Shown in pieces: positions 20,578 to 32,351 of a stretch of DNA of 64,000 bases. The DNA comes from Candidatus Poseidoniales archaeon (GTDB taxonomy: Archaea; Thermoplasmatota; Poseidoniia; Poseidoniales; Poseidoniaceae), in NCBI GenBank assembly GCA_019651595.1, contig BOYQ01000005.1:13456-77455 (forward strand), in the 5' to 3' direction. Every line of letters starts with the position of its first letter. Position 1 is the stretch's first letter. The notes beneath the pieces are model-generated. The model had not been told where the DNA came from. It worked only from the letters and a program-made list of their open reading frames with translations, and did not search any database. Made by a program: the position numbers and the translations under genes.

Positions 20578-23500
20578 TCACCGTTCAAGGGAGAAGCGTT
20601 GGTCTTCAGCGACGTTGGCCATCGCTTTCAGGCGGAGCCCTTTGAGCGCCATAACCGGGGCGTCGTCGTCGCCCACGATCAGCACGTCGTGGACCGTCGT
20701 ACCGTCGTCAAGGGCGTCGTGTTGAACGGTTCGCAGCCTGAGCGTTTCGTCGGCTTCGGGGACGCGAAGCATCGTTGACCATTCAATCCCGACCGGAAGG
20801 CTGCTGTAGCCGAGGATTTCCATGGCCACCAGGCCGGCGTTCTGGAACCCGGCTTCAATGAGCATCGGCAGCGCTTCCAACAACACGGGTTCGCCGGCCT
20901 GTTCCAGAGCGAACTGATCTGAGGCTGGCAGTTGGTGGCGCATCAGGGCCAAACCGTCGATGCCCGGCCCGGCAACGTCTCCCGAACCGGCGAGGACGCC
21001 GCCATGGGATTGGAAACGAGGGCCGTGGAAATACCGGTCGTAAATGAAGGAAGGCGGGTGCATCAAGGACCCCATGGGTGGCGTACCGATGGTCGGCAGC
21101 GCCTCCACCTCGCGCTGGAGGAACGGTCGCAGGTCGTCGTGCTTGGCGACCAGTCGAACAAGGGCTTCGTGGTGCTCGCGTTCACCAAACACTTCGCCTT
21201 TTGAGTTCATCAAATCCGAGACCAAACGGCATCGAACCCAAGTCAAATCGCCGTCCGTTCGGTCGACCTCGGCTTCAACGCGAACCGTCATCGGGCCCTT
21301 GATGAGTTTGACCGGCAAACCAAACGTGACGGCTTCAAAGCCGGCAAGGCAACTCGATGGATGCAAGAGAAGAGAGGTTTGTGCGAACATCTCCAAGGCC
21401 ATGACGCCGGGGTGGTAGGGAACGCCTTCGATGGCGTGGTCCACAAGGAACGGATGGTCGTCGGTGGACAGGGTGCTTTGTGTGGTGAGACGCACCCCTT
21501 CTTCCAAGGCCAGCACCTTGTCCACGAAGGGGAAACGCGTCGGGTCCGCCATCGCCGCAGCCATTTCGGCAGGCAATTTGAGCGGCGCTTCTCGGAAGGA
21601 GGAAAACCGGTCCATCAGGCCCAGCGAACCGCAGCCCAAAACCCGGCGTTTGCCGCCTCTGAGGGCTTCATCAACGAAGATCGCCACGCCGTCTTCAACC
21701 GCAAGGGTCTCGATGCCCGCAGCCGCAAACACCGCCTCAATGGACCCGCGCGTGGCCATGCCAACGTCGCGCCAGCCGGTCCAACCGATGGCGACGGCTC
21801 GGCAGTCATGGGCCGCCGTCAGGCGAGCCATTTCTGCATCCAACACCGAGTTGGCCGCCGCGTAATCGGTTTGGCCGCCGTTGCCAAACCGCCCTGCAAC
21901 GCTGGTAAAGCAACACGCAAACGTCGGTGCATCGCGACCGGAAGCCTTCACTGCGGTGAGCAAGGATTGCCAGCCGTCGACCTTGACCCGGACAACCCGG
22001 TCAAACACATCGTAGCCCTTGTCGGCCACCAATTTGGAATCCTCGAGACCTGCGCCGTGAACAACACCCGTGATGGGGCGCCCCAGACCCTCGCCCAGGG
22101 CTTCAAGCGCCGAACGGTCCATCACGTCAACGGCGTGATAGGTGGCGTGGTTACCCGTTTGTTCGATGGCGTTCAAGGTGAGGTACACGTCTCGACTTCG
22201 AGTGAACCGCTGCCATGCACGGTTCCATTCGACCATCGTGACCTTGCCGTTTTCGCTTGCATCAATGAGACGTTGCCGAAGGGCGTTCTTCTCTTCACCG
22301 AGTTGCTCGTCCGTCCAATCAATCCATGTTGCCGTTGATTCGATGAGCGTTGAACGACCGAGCAATTCGAAATGAGCACCCGCGTTCTGGCTTGCTTCCG
22401 CTACACCGATGACGGAGGCGGCTGTGACGCCCGAACCCCCACCCGAAACCAACCACGTGTCATCGGAGGTCAGGGGCTGAAGGTCCTCAACAACATCCTC
22501 TGCAAAGGCCACCAGCGCCCAGCGACGACCGTCCCGGTCCAACCCGACCTCAACCTCACCGGCCAAGCCGAACAGGTCATCCTCGATTCGCTTGGCTGCC
22601 TCAACTTCGTCGAGCACGAATTCGGGATGCAGGTCCAGCGCCCGGCAACGGAGATCGGGCCGTTCAAAGGCATAGGATTTGGTGACACCGCTGGCCGCAC
22701 ATTGGACGGCGTTGAAACGATCACCGAGATTGCCGTGCCGACCGTCGAGGGACGTCACGGAAGCGACGACACCCGGTTGATCAACAGAGAGTTGCCCGCC
22801 AAGCTCCTTGAGGAGGCCGAACCATCCGTGGGCCGCCAAGGCGATTTGGGAAGACGGGTAGGAGTCTTCCTCCACTGCTCCGATGCGAGTTTCAGCGGGG
22901 CCAGGTGCACGAGCCCCGCCAGCGGTGTCCCGTCGAGTTGTTGAGCAATCCACGCCAGGTGTTCGGGTTGTTCCGGGTCGGCCCGGTAGACCGTTCGCTC
23001 ACCCTCGTCGTGGCGTGATGCATCGCGGATGCGACTCTCAAAGCCGATGCGGACAGCGGCCAATCCACGGGCTTCCATTCGCTGGCAGAAAGCCTCAGCG
23101 ATGCCCCACCCGTCGTCGGACACGACGATGGTCCCGCCACGTCAAGCGGCGCAGGTTCACCGGGACAGTCCTCGATTTCAACCTGCCATCGGCGGGTCCC
23201 CGCCTGATGCGATGTCGGACGTTCGGCCGCCATCGCACCAGCGCTGGCTTCCGCGACGGAAGCCTCAGCGGGCGGCGAGGACGCATTGGTTTCGCCGCCA
23301 CGCATCTGACGATGTAGGCCGTGAAATGATTGAGCGTGGGGTGGTCTGCGAGCACGAAGTCCTCGTCGACGGGTAACGAGAACCGGTCCCGAATCTCGGC
23401 CATGATCTCGGCCTGCTTGACCGTGTCAATGCCCAGCTCGCCCTCGAGGTCCTGGTCCATTTCGATGAAGTCCGCCGGGTAGCCGGTGTGGTCAACCACC

Positions 23501-26500
23501 ACCGAAACCAGCACGTCCTCAATGTCGCTGTGAGACCCGGTTGCGACGGAAGGAGCAGGGGTTGGGGTTGGTGCAGGGGTGGGGGGCGCAGGAGCGGGGG
23601 CTGCCGGAGCAGGGGCAGGCACCAGAGCAGCCGGCGCACCGCCTGTCATCCGTTGGATGTAGCCAATCATGTGGTTGAGGGTGGGGTGGTCGGCCAGGAC
23701 GAAATCTTCGTCCACCGGGAGAGCGAACTTGTCGCGGATGTCCGCCATGATCTCGGCCTGTTTCACCGTATCAATCCCCAACTCACCTTCCAAATCCTGG
23801 TCAGTTCATGAAATCAGCGGGATAGCCCGTGTGTTCCACCACCACGGCCACGACCGTGGCGGTCATTTCGGCATCGTCGACCACGGCGGCGGGTGCTGGA
23901 ACGGGCACTTCGGTTGCAGCGATGGGAGCCGTTTCCGGAGCACTGGGGGCAGGCTCGGGGGCCGGGGCGGAGGGCGCAACGGCCTGTTCACCACCGGTCA
24001 TGCGCTGGATGTAGCCGATCATGTGGTTGAGCGTCGGGTAGTCCGCCAGAACGAAATCCTCGTCAACGGGCAGGCCGAAACGCTCTCGAATGTCGGCCAT
24101 GATTTCGGCTTGTTTGACCGTGTCAATGCCCAATTCCCCTTCGAGGTCTTGGTCGAGTTCGACGAAGTCGGCCGGATAACCGGTGTGATGAACCACCACG
24201 TCAATGACGGTCTTCACCATCTCTTCGTCGCCCACCACGGCGCTGCAGCGACGGGCGCCTCGGGCGGTGCAGGTGCTGGCGCAGCCACCGGCTCAGGCTT
24301 GACCGCCGGCGTTGGTGGCGCAGCGGCGGGCTCGGGTTCGGCCGATGCCGGCGAAGGTTTCCCTTCCCACGGAGCGGTGGCGGGCCAGGGTTCGCCCTGC
24401 ACTCCACCGTGGAGATTGTCATCGCCGTTGACGTAGGCCACGAGTTTGTTTTGCAAGACCCGCATCACGACATCGTCGGTTCCGGCGAGGCTTCGAGCCC
24501 AAGCCAACAACCGGGCCCCGTCAATGCGCTCGCCCTCAACGGGCCAGGCTCGCAAGAGCGACAGGGCGATTTGCGAGCCGAATCCGGCAGCGAACCGAAG
24601 TCCGTACTCCAATTCGGGGTAGTGGCCGCCCTTCGAGAGGTTCAGGTCGCCCAGTTCGGGGTCCTTCTCCTTGTGATTGGCGATGGGTGGGATGCGGCCG
24701 GTCTTCAGGCCGTAGAGCATGCTGGCGTCTTCGATGCCAACCGCCATCGGATGGCCGGTGAACCCCTTGGTGTTGGCCACCACGAGTTTGTTGGTGGAAT
24801 CGCCGAAGGTGTCGCGCAGGGCCTTGACCTCGGACTGAGCGGAACCGCCTCGGGCAGGCGTGTAGGTTTCGTGGGAGAAAAACACGGTGTTGGGGGCCAT
24901 CGCGTGCCGGTCAAGACCCCACCGTCGTTCCATGTCGGTGATGAAGCCGTTGACGACTTGCCCCACGTGCTCGACGTCCAACCGTGTCCCGTGGTAGGCG
25001 GAATTGGCCGTGGTCGAACCGAGGACCTCGGCGATGGGTTGCACACCACGCTGTTTCGCCTCGGAGTGCCGTTCGATGACAAACGCAGCGGCGCCCATGC
25101 CGAGGATCAACCCGTTGCGACGGCGGTCAAACGGCAGGGCGGTTTCCTCGACCACGTTGTTCGTAGCGGCGGCGCCGGACGCTGCGAAGCCGCCCGCAAT
25201 CCATTCCCAAAGGTCGTCGCCGGTGACGTCGTCACCGCTGATGATGACCACGCGGTCGACGCGGTCGGCGTCAAGCCAGTCTTCCGCTACGCCGAACGCT
25301 GCAGTAGCGGAGGCGCATGCGAGGTTGATGGTGGTGTTTGGACCACGAATCCCCGTGTACTGAGCGAATTGGGAATGCCCCATGTTGAGGGTTTGGAAGA
25401 GGTAGCGTCGGTCAAAGCGACCCTCGCCATCATCCCCGTTGGTTTTGGCGTGCTTGACACCCATCTGAAGGCCGGGGAAACACGAGGAAAACACGATACC
25501 GGTGCGTTCCCGCTGAACTTGAGGGACCTGCCAGTTTCGGATCAATCGCAAGCCTCCTTTGCCAATCTGTTCCACCGGTGTGAGCGGAATACCGGCATCC
25601 CGAAGCGCCAGCAGTCCGGAAGCGACCGCCAGCTGGGTGCTGATGTCCCATGCGAGGATGGCTTTGGGATCGATGCCGAATTCTTCGGCGAGGTCAAAGG
25701 CGCCTTTCAGGCCGGCCAGTTGAGGAATGTCACCAAACACCTTGGCCTGGTCCATGTTGACCGAGCCGTCTCGCCCTTTGATGAGCCGGACGATGTTCTT
25801 GTCCAGAAGGCGTTGCTTGTATTCGTCCGAGACTTCGCTGATGCAGGTCTCGCCTCGAACCAGTTTCTCAAACGCATCCTCTGAGAACACCCGGTCCATG
25901 CCGGGCAAGCCCAACGAAATGCCCGTGACCACGTAGGGGTCCACGTCCCGCCGAGAGGCGGTGCTGAGGGCGCTCACGGTGTGAACGGGCGCCGCCTTCA
26001 ATGAAACGGGAGAAGCGACCGACGTCATGGGCGCCCATGCGGCGGGCGGTGAGCGGACCCATCGATTCAGGTCACCCGCTGTTGTGGCGGTCGTTCCGTC
26101 GTACTCCGGGTCGGTTTGAGCCTCCGAGGCAATCGTGGCCACGACGCTCTGCACCTGTTGGGCCGTCAAACCCAGACCCTCGATCAGCGACACATGGCCG
26201 TGACAGAACGAGGCAGGATAGCCGCTGTAGGCCGCAATCCGATCGCCGACGTAGGCACGAATCGCCCGATCACGTGCGTAATCCGAATCCATCGGACCGG
26301 CTTGCACCGTTGCGGAGGCGGCCGCCACGGGTGCACCGGTGCCGCTCCCGGGAAGGGGTCGGGCGCGGGTACGAAGGGATTCCAGGGCGGCAGAATCGTG
26401 GGGTGGGACGATCGACGATGCCGAGCGCGCTTCAATGGGTCCGGCCTTGAAGCCGTCCTGCAGCGCGTCAGAATCCAGGCCGGGCCAAACGGGCGGTCGA

Positions 26501-29391
26501 CCGGCGAGCGCCAGGGCACCGATGGCGGTCAGCAAACTTGCAATGCCGCCTTGCTTGGGGTGGTTGGTCATCACGGGAACGTGAGGTTGACCCTCGAGGA
26601 TTTGCATGGCAAACATGGTCAGCGCTCGTTTCGGCCCGACTTCGACAAACAGGCGGCCACCGGCATCGTACATGGTTTGGATTTGCTTCGTCCACTCCAC
26701 CGATGAAGCCATTTGAGGGGCAAGTTGTTCCAAAATGGCCGCCTTCGAATCCACCCCCTCCATGGGGTAGAACGAACCGTCAACGTTGGCGGTGATGGGG
26801 ACGGATGGCCACCGAATCTCCAAGCCCTCGAGGAAACGGCGGAGCGGTTCGTTGGCCGGTGCGACGATGCGGGAGTGGAAGGCATGGGAGGTGGCCAGCG
26901 CAACACACGAGAATCCTTCGGCTTCAAAGGTCGCCATGGCCGCCTTGACGGGTGCCGTTTCACCCGCTATGACGGTCATCTTAGGGGAGTTTTTGTTGGC
27001 CGCAATCACGTAGCCTTCGGTCGCCTCGAGCACGCGTTCTACGACGTCATACGGTGCCGTTACGCTGGCCATTAACCCCTTGTCGTCGATTTCCACGGAA
27101 CCCATCTCGGTCCCACGGGCGGCCGCTGCACGAAGGGCGCCGTCCATGTCGAGGATGCCCGAAGACATCAGCGCTGCGTATTCACCCAGCGAGTGGCCGG
27201 CCACCATGTCCGGGGCGTGGCCAAAGGCGCCCAAGGTTCGCTCGATGGCCAAATCGGCCGTGAGCATGGCCGGCTGCGTGTACTCGGTTTGCTTGAGTTT
27301 GTTTTCCGCTTCTTTCAATTCCTCTTTGCTGAGGGTGGTGCGCAACACGAAGCCGGAGAGCGTTTCACCGCCCAGCACGTCGACCATGGTTTCATCGGCT
27401 TGGCGCCAAACGTCTGCGGGGGCGGTGAAGCGTTGAACCAAGTCAGCCGTCATGCCGACGTACTGACTGCCTTGGCCGGGGTACATGTGGACGGTTTTTG
27501 CTTCGGCAGGCATGGCGGGCTGGTCGGTGATCAAGACGCCTTGTGCCTGAAGGAAACCCCATTTGTCGGGGTCCATCATCGCCTGACCTGCGAGGGTTTG
27601 TCGCTTGTTGAATTCCGCCCACGAGGTGGCGACCAGCGCCAGCCTGTAGGGTGCCTGAGGGTCAAAGGAGGTGCTGGCCTCCTGAAGAGCCTCCGAAAGA
27701 CGTCGTCCCCTCGGATCGTCGTCAAAGAGCGGGCCGTCAAAGGACACGGCCCCCAGCGTGGCACTCAAGCCGTCCAGCGAAGCGGCAGAAAGGAGAAGGA
27801 CACCGCCTTCAACGGCCTTGATTTCCTCGTGGGTCATCGTGGCGGCAAGGGTCCCGTCAAAGATGGACGGGGCTTCCGCAGGACCTTGCCCGCTGTAGGC
27901 GGCCCAGCGAGCGTCCCATTCCGCTGCCATGGGCGCGTGGAAATCGGGCTCGTAGCCTTCCAGGGCCACGTGGAAGTTCGTGCCACCGAACCCGAAGGCC
28001 GAGACGCCGGCTCTGCGAGGATGGGCAGCCGGGCGGGGCCATTCGAGGGGAGCGGTGGGAACGAAGAACGGAATGTTGGACCAGTCCACCGTTGGATTGG
28101 GCGTCTCAAAATTCGCACTTGGAGGGATGGTTCGGTGGTGAAGGGCCATCACGGATTTCAGAATACCGGCCATCCCGGCTGCCGCCTTCAGGTGCCCGAT
28201 TTGGGACTTGATGGAACCAACGGCCACGTTGCCCGGACCATCAACACCGGTCCACAATCGGGACAAGGTGGACAATTCGGTGGCGTCACCCACCTTCGTC
28301 GACGTCCCGTGTGCTTCCACCAGTTCAACGCTGGATGCATCATAGCCGGCTTGGCTGTAGGCTCGGGCAATCGCTTGGATTTGGCCGCGTTGGCTGGGAG
28401 CGGTGATCCCCTTTCCTCGCCCGTCGGAGGAGCCCCCGATGCCGCGTATGACGCTGAAAATCTCGTCCTCGTCCCGCATGGCATCGCTCAGTCGCTTGAG
28501 AACGAGAACGCCGGCACCTTCGCCCATCACGAACCCGTTGGCACGAGCATCAAACGGCGAGGAGTGGCTGGGTGAAAGAGCACCAATGGCTGAAAATTTG
28601 GCAAACGTCGCAGGGTCCATCGTGCGGTCGGAGGCCCCGGCGAGCATGACGTCGACTTGACGCGTCTGCAAAAGGCGGCAGGCATCTAACACCGCCGCCA
28701 TGGAAGAAGCGCATGCAGCGTCCATGGCGTGGTTGGGCCCTTGAAGGTCGAGCAGGTTCGCCACACGACCCGAGACCACGTTCGCAAGTTCACCCGGCAT
28801 GGTGTCCTCATCCACGCGAGGGGCGCCTTCGAGCATGGCCTCGGTGAAGCCCTCGACCTGACCCTCGGGGAGGCCGTGGGACTTGGCCAGCGTGACGGTG
28901 TGGTTTGACCACACGCGAAGGTTGGACAGGTTGCGGTTTTCGCCGCCCAAGGCGTTGGCAAACACCACGCCGGTTCGCGTTCGGTCGATGTCTTTGGTCT
29001 CGCCGTCGTAGCCCGCATGTTCAATGGCGTCCGCCGAGACCGTGACGGCCCACAACTGGCAGGGATCGATCTGTGGCAGGGTGCCGGGGGGTTGTCGCCA
29101 TCGACGCCAGTCGAACTCGGCATCGGCCACAACGGCCCCGATTTTTGCATAGGAGTAGCCCTCCGTGTGCGAGCCCGGACCGCCTTCTTTCCAGAAGTGA
29201 TCGATCGGTCCCGGCCATCGGCCGTCCGGCAGTGGTCGAATGCTGACCTTGGCGTCCAGGATGTTCTGCCAGAAGGCCTCGATGTCGTGGGCATCGGGCA
29301 TCAGCGCCCCCAAGCCGATGACCGCAATGGGCTCAAAGGGACCCTGGTCAACCCCTTCGCAGGGTTTGCCGTCTTCCGTCGTCAAGCCCAT
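20578..29391 (-). CDS. Iterative type I polyketide/fatty-acid synthase (PfaA-like): KS-AT-(degenerate ACP)-KS-ACPx3-KR-DH, about 2,900 aa, split by about five indels
   Basis: KS1 DAACASS/EAHGTST/GHLKAAAG; AT PGQGSQ/GHSLGE/HAFHS; KS2 NLACAS/SHETYT/GHPM; three ELGIDTVKQAE ACPs; KR SGGGSG...YAAAN; DH DHAIEGVPYHPG and FHGPRFQ. Frame changes near 24240, 23805, 23305, 23135 and 22870. Confidence 0.92.
23305..24225 (-). repeat. Three tandem ACP-encoding repeats separated by Pro/Ala-rich linkers
   Basis: Near-identical HTGYPADF.E.DQDLEGELGIDTVKQAEIMA.IR..F.LPVDEDFVLAD.PTLNH units. Confidence 0.9.
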
Positions 29392-29400
29392 GCTTTCACC

Positions 29401-30192
29401 TCAGTTCATGATGCTCTCCGGCACCATCGTGATCGAATACCCAGCATCGACGTAGATGCACTGGCCGGTCACGCCCGCCGCCAGCGGGCTGGCAAGCCAG
29501 AGGGTTGCGCCCGCCACATCGTCTTGGCTGACGTTCCTTCGCAGCGGCGCGTTGGCTTCAACGTGGTCGAGAATGCGGTCGAAGCCAGGAATGCCGCTGG
29601 CGGCAATGGTCCTGATGGGGCCCGACGAAATGGCGTTCACACGATGACCTTCGGGCCCGAGGTGGCAAGCCAATTCCCTCGTCCAGCACTCCAAGGCCGC
29701 CTTGGCCATGGACATGATGCCGTAGCTCGGAACGTAGCGGTTGGAGGCGGCGTACGTCAGCGTGATGGTGGACGAGCCCGGGTTCAAGTAGGGAAGGGCG
29801 TGCTTGAGGCAACGCTGCAACGAGTTGGCCGAGATGGTCATGGCGGTGTTGATGTCCTGGTCCTCCACGAAGAGAACGGGGCGGTCAAAGCACGCCCGAG
29901 GAGCAAAGCCGATGGCATGAACCAGAATGTCTGCTTTTTTCCCGGGGTGCTCAGCGGCAAAGGCGGTGAAGAATTCCTGCGTGGTCGCATCCGAAGCAAC
30001 GTCCAACGGGTAAAATCCTCCGATGGCCGGAAGTTGGTCCTTGAGTTTGAAGACTCGACTCATGAAGCGCTTCTGGTACCCCAAATACAGGGTCACGCCA
30101 GCAGCAGCCAGTTGCTTGCAAATCGCCCAGGCGATGGAATCCTCACTGGCCACACCGAACACAAAGGCCGTTTTTCCTTGGAGCCCGAGCAT
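29401..30192 (-). CDS. fabI: Enoyl-ACP reductase FabI
   Basis: GVASEDSIAWAI, HAIGFAP, catalytic YGIMSMAKAALE, RVNAISSGPIRTIAASGI and VDAG; 9 bp upstream of the PKS start. Confidence 0.93.
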   Translation of the reverse strand: MLGLQGKTAFVFGVASEDSIAWAICKQLAAAGVTLYLGYQKRFMSRVFKLKDQLPAIGGFYPLDVASDATTQEFFTAFAAEHPGKKADILVHAIGFAPRACFDRPVLFVEDQDINTAMTISANSLQRCLKHALPYLNPGSSTITLTYAASNRYVPSYGIMSMAKAALECWTRELACHLGPEGHRVNAISSGPIRTIAASGIPGFDRILDHVEANAPLRRNVSQDDVAGATLWLASPLAAGVTGQCIYVDAGYSITMVPESIMN

Positions 30193-30309
30193 GAAAAACC
30201 TCCGTGGGGATAAGGTGTAGTGCCCTACACCAAGCCTTTGAGCGTTGCTCATGAAATCGTGTCACATCGACCGAGTTAGCGGTGCGGGACCAACGGCCAA
30301 ATCTCGGCC

Positions 30310-31392
30310 TCAGAGGTCGGCGAAAACGTCGTCAAACTCGTCGTCGTCGTCCTCAGGGAACAGGTCGTCAAGATCGGAGAAGTCAAACTCGTCCTCATCC
30401 TCGTCATCATCCTCGACCTCGACCGGTGGGACGTAGACGGGTTGGGCGTTGGCACGACGGCGAAGCGTACGGGCCAGGGCCACGATGAACACAAGACCGA
30501 AGAGCACGGCTGCGCCGATGCTGCCGTACATCACCAGCGTGTCCTTGTCCACTTCTTCCAAGCCGCCGCCAAGCCCGCCAGCGGAACCGCTCGCCTCCAG
30601 CTGGAGGGAGATGCTCACCTCGCTCACCGGCGCAGCATCGTCGTTCCCGCTCGCTGCCTGGAAGGTGATTTGGTATCGAGCATCTTCAGGCACGTCCGAT
30701 GGAGCCCGGACGGACAATTCTCGCACGGGCGACACACCGTCTTCCGAGACGTCGTCGGCGACAAAGGTACCACCCGGGAAGGTGAACCCTGCCTCCTCAA
30801 GTTCAGCGGCGTTGACGATGGTCACGCTGATTTTGTCATCGTCGTTGCCGTTGTTTTGGAACTGGAAGGAGATCTTGACCTCGTCGCCTCCCGTCATGGT
30901 GCGGGTGCTCTTGTCGGAGATGTCCAAATCCACCATGCCAAACGTGGCGATGTTGAGGTCGCCGCTCACCGTGGCGTTGGAGGCCAAGGCTTCGGGCCAG
31001 TCCAGCATGCCGACGTTGGTCACCGTAGCGGTCAGAGCAAAGTCGATGGAGAGGTCCGATGAGAGGCGGGTTTGACCGGAAAAGGTGACGGTGAAGTCTT
31101 CCTCTTCATCGGGCCCGAGGGTGAAGGTGTCGTCCTCCAGCATCATGTCGACCTCAATACCGTCCCACTCCTTCTCCACGCTGACGGTTTCCTCGAAGGA
31201 TGACGGATTCTTGACGGTGCAGGTGATCTCAACGACGGGGTCGCTGAGCGGGTGGACATCAAGCTCAGGCTGCTTGTCGTCGCAGTCGATTTCAACACCC
31301 GGAGCTGTAGGGGTTTGAGCGGCCGCCACCGAGAGGAAGCCGCACAGCATCATCGCTGCCAGCACCAAACCCAATCGGCGTGTGGTCACCAT
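30310..31392 (-). CDS. Secreted beta-sandwich protein with C-terminal TM and acidic tail (choice-of-anchor T-like)
   Basis: Signal peptide, CTVKNP and NNGNDDD motifs, TM followed by RRR, D/E-rich tail. Confidence 0.7.
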   Translation of the reverse strand: MVTTRRLGLVLAAMMLCGFLSVAAAQTPTAPGVEIDCDDKQPELDVHPLSDPVVEITCTVKNPSSFEETVSVEKEWDGIEVDMMLEDDTFTLGPDEEEDFTVTFSGQTRLSSDLSIDFALTATVTNVGMLDWPEALASNATVSGDLNIATFGMVDLDISDKSTRTMTGGDEVKISFQFQNNGNDDDKISVTIVNAAELEEAGFTFPGGTFVADDVSEDGVSPVRELSVRAPSDVPEDARYQITFQAASGNDDAAPVSEVSISLQLEASGSAGGLGGGLEEVDKDTLVMYGSIGAAVLFGLVFIVALARTLRRRANAQPVYVPPVEVEDDDEDEDEFDFSDLDDLFPEDDDDEFDDVFADL

Positions 31393-31474
31393 CTCCCTCG
31401 TGCATCACGTGGTGATTCTCTTTCATCAATGTGATGGGGCGTTGAGGTGCGAACGGGAGGTTCTGCAACCCCGT

Positions 31475-32341
31475 CTATTCACCGTACACCAGGGCGGGCA
31501 ATTCGCTGTGCGTGTTCCACATGACGGCTTCGTCCACCCCGGCCTCGAGAAGCTGTTGAGTTCGCTTCGGCACGGTTTTGGGCCCGAGAACCGCTCCGGG
31601 TCGACGAGGGTCGTCCATGTAATCGGTTTCCAGAAAGAACCCGTGCTTGGCGTCCAAATGAGTTTCTATCAGGCGCTCGATGGCCCCTTTTCCGCACAAG
31701 ACACTCGGGGTGAGTCCGTGCGTGTTGGACGTGCGAACATCGGGTGGCGAGTAGTGCCGAACGAGTTTGCGGAGGTCCATCCCCTGTCGCAGGGCACGCC
31801 GGGCGAGGTCCGGGTAGGTCTCGTCGCTTTCACCTTCGACGTGAAGCTGCAGCGGTATCCCCTCCTGCGCAGCAAGATGCATGGTTTCGTCCAGCAATTC
31901 GTTGGAGAGATCCCAAATCTCGTCGGAGACCGGCCAGTGCGGACGCCCGACTTCACCGATGGCGTGAGCGTGGCCTTCATGCACCAGTTCAAGGGCTGCT
32001 TGGATGCTGTGCCGATAGTTCTCCACGGCACGTTCCTTCCCCGCAGGGCCCTCTTCGCTTACCCATCGTTCGAACTGATGGGCAAAGGCGGCGGGGTGCG
32101 GTCCGAGGACCACACGGACCCCCAGTCCCACCTCGTCGCGCACGGATTGCGCCATGGCCACCGTGTCGCGATAAGCCGTTTGATGGCCCGCCAACGTCTC
32201 GGGAGGTGAAGTAAAATCCGGGCAGTGGACCAGCACCACATCGGTCCCACCGACCCGCTGGAACGCTCGTGCAGCGTCCAAGAACAGACCTCGTCGGTTC
32301 AGGTGGAAATGGTTGTCCAAGATCGGACCGTCGTAGACCAT
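31475..32341 (-). CDS. TatD-family metal-dependent hydrolase
   Basis: DNHFH, GPHP, IGEVGRPHW, LQLHVE, RHY and ETDYMDD motifs. Confidence 0.9.
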   Translation of the reverse strand: MVYDGPILDNHFHLNRRGLFLDAARAFQRVGGTDVVLVHCPDFTSPPETLAGHQTAYRDTVAMAQSVRDEVGLGVRVVLGPHPAAFAHQFERWVSEEGPAGKERAVENYRHSIQAALELVHEGHAHAIGEVGRPHWPVSDEIWDLSNELLDETMHLAAQEGIPLQLHVEGESDETYPDLARRALRQGMDLRKLVRHYSPPDVRTSNTHGLTPSVLCGKGAIERLIETHLDAKHGFFLETDYMDDPRRPGAVLGPKTVPKRTQQLLEAGVDEAVMWNTHSELPALVYGE

Positions 32342-32351
32342 GGGCGCCCCC

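Noticed and set aside
20578-24238. PKS fragments as separate genes or programmed frameshifts
   Set aside because: Breaks fall inside domains (for example mid-ACP at about 23805), and similar indels occur throughout the window.
15358-30192. tRNA-Gly-anchored genomic island carrying the PKS
   Set aside because: No integrase, no duplicated tRNA 3' end was found, and the core gene carS directly follows the tRNA.
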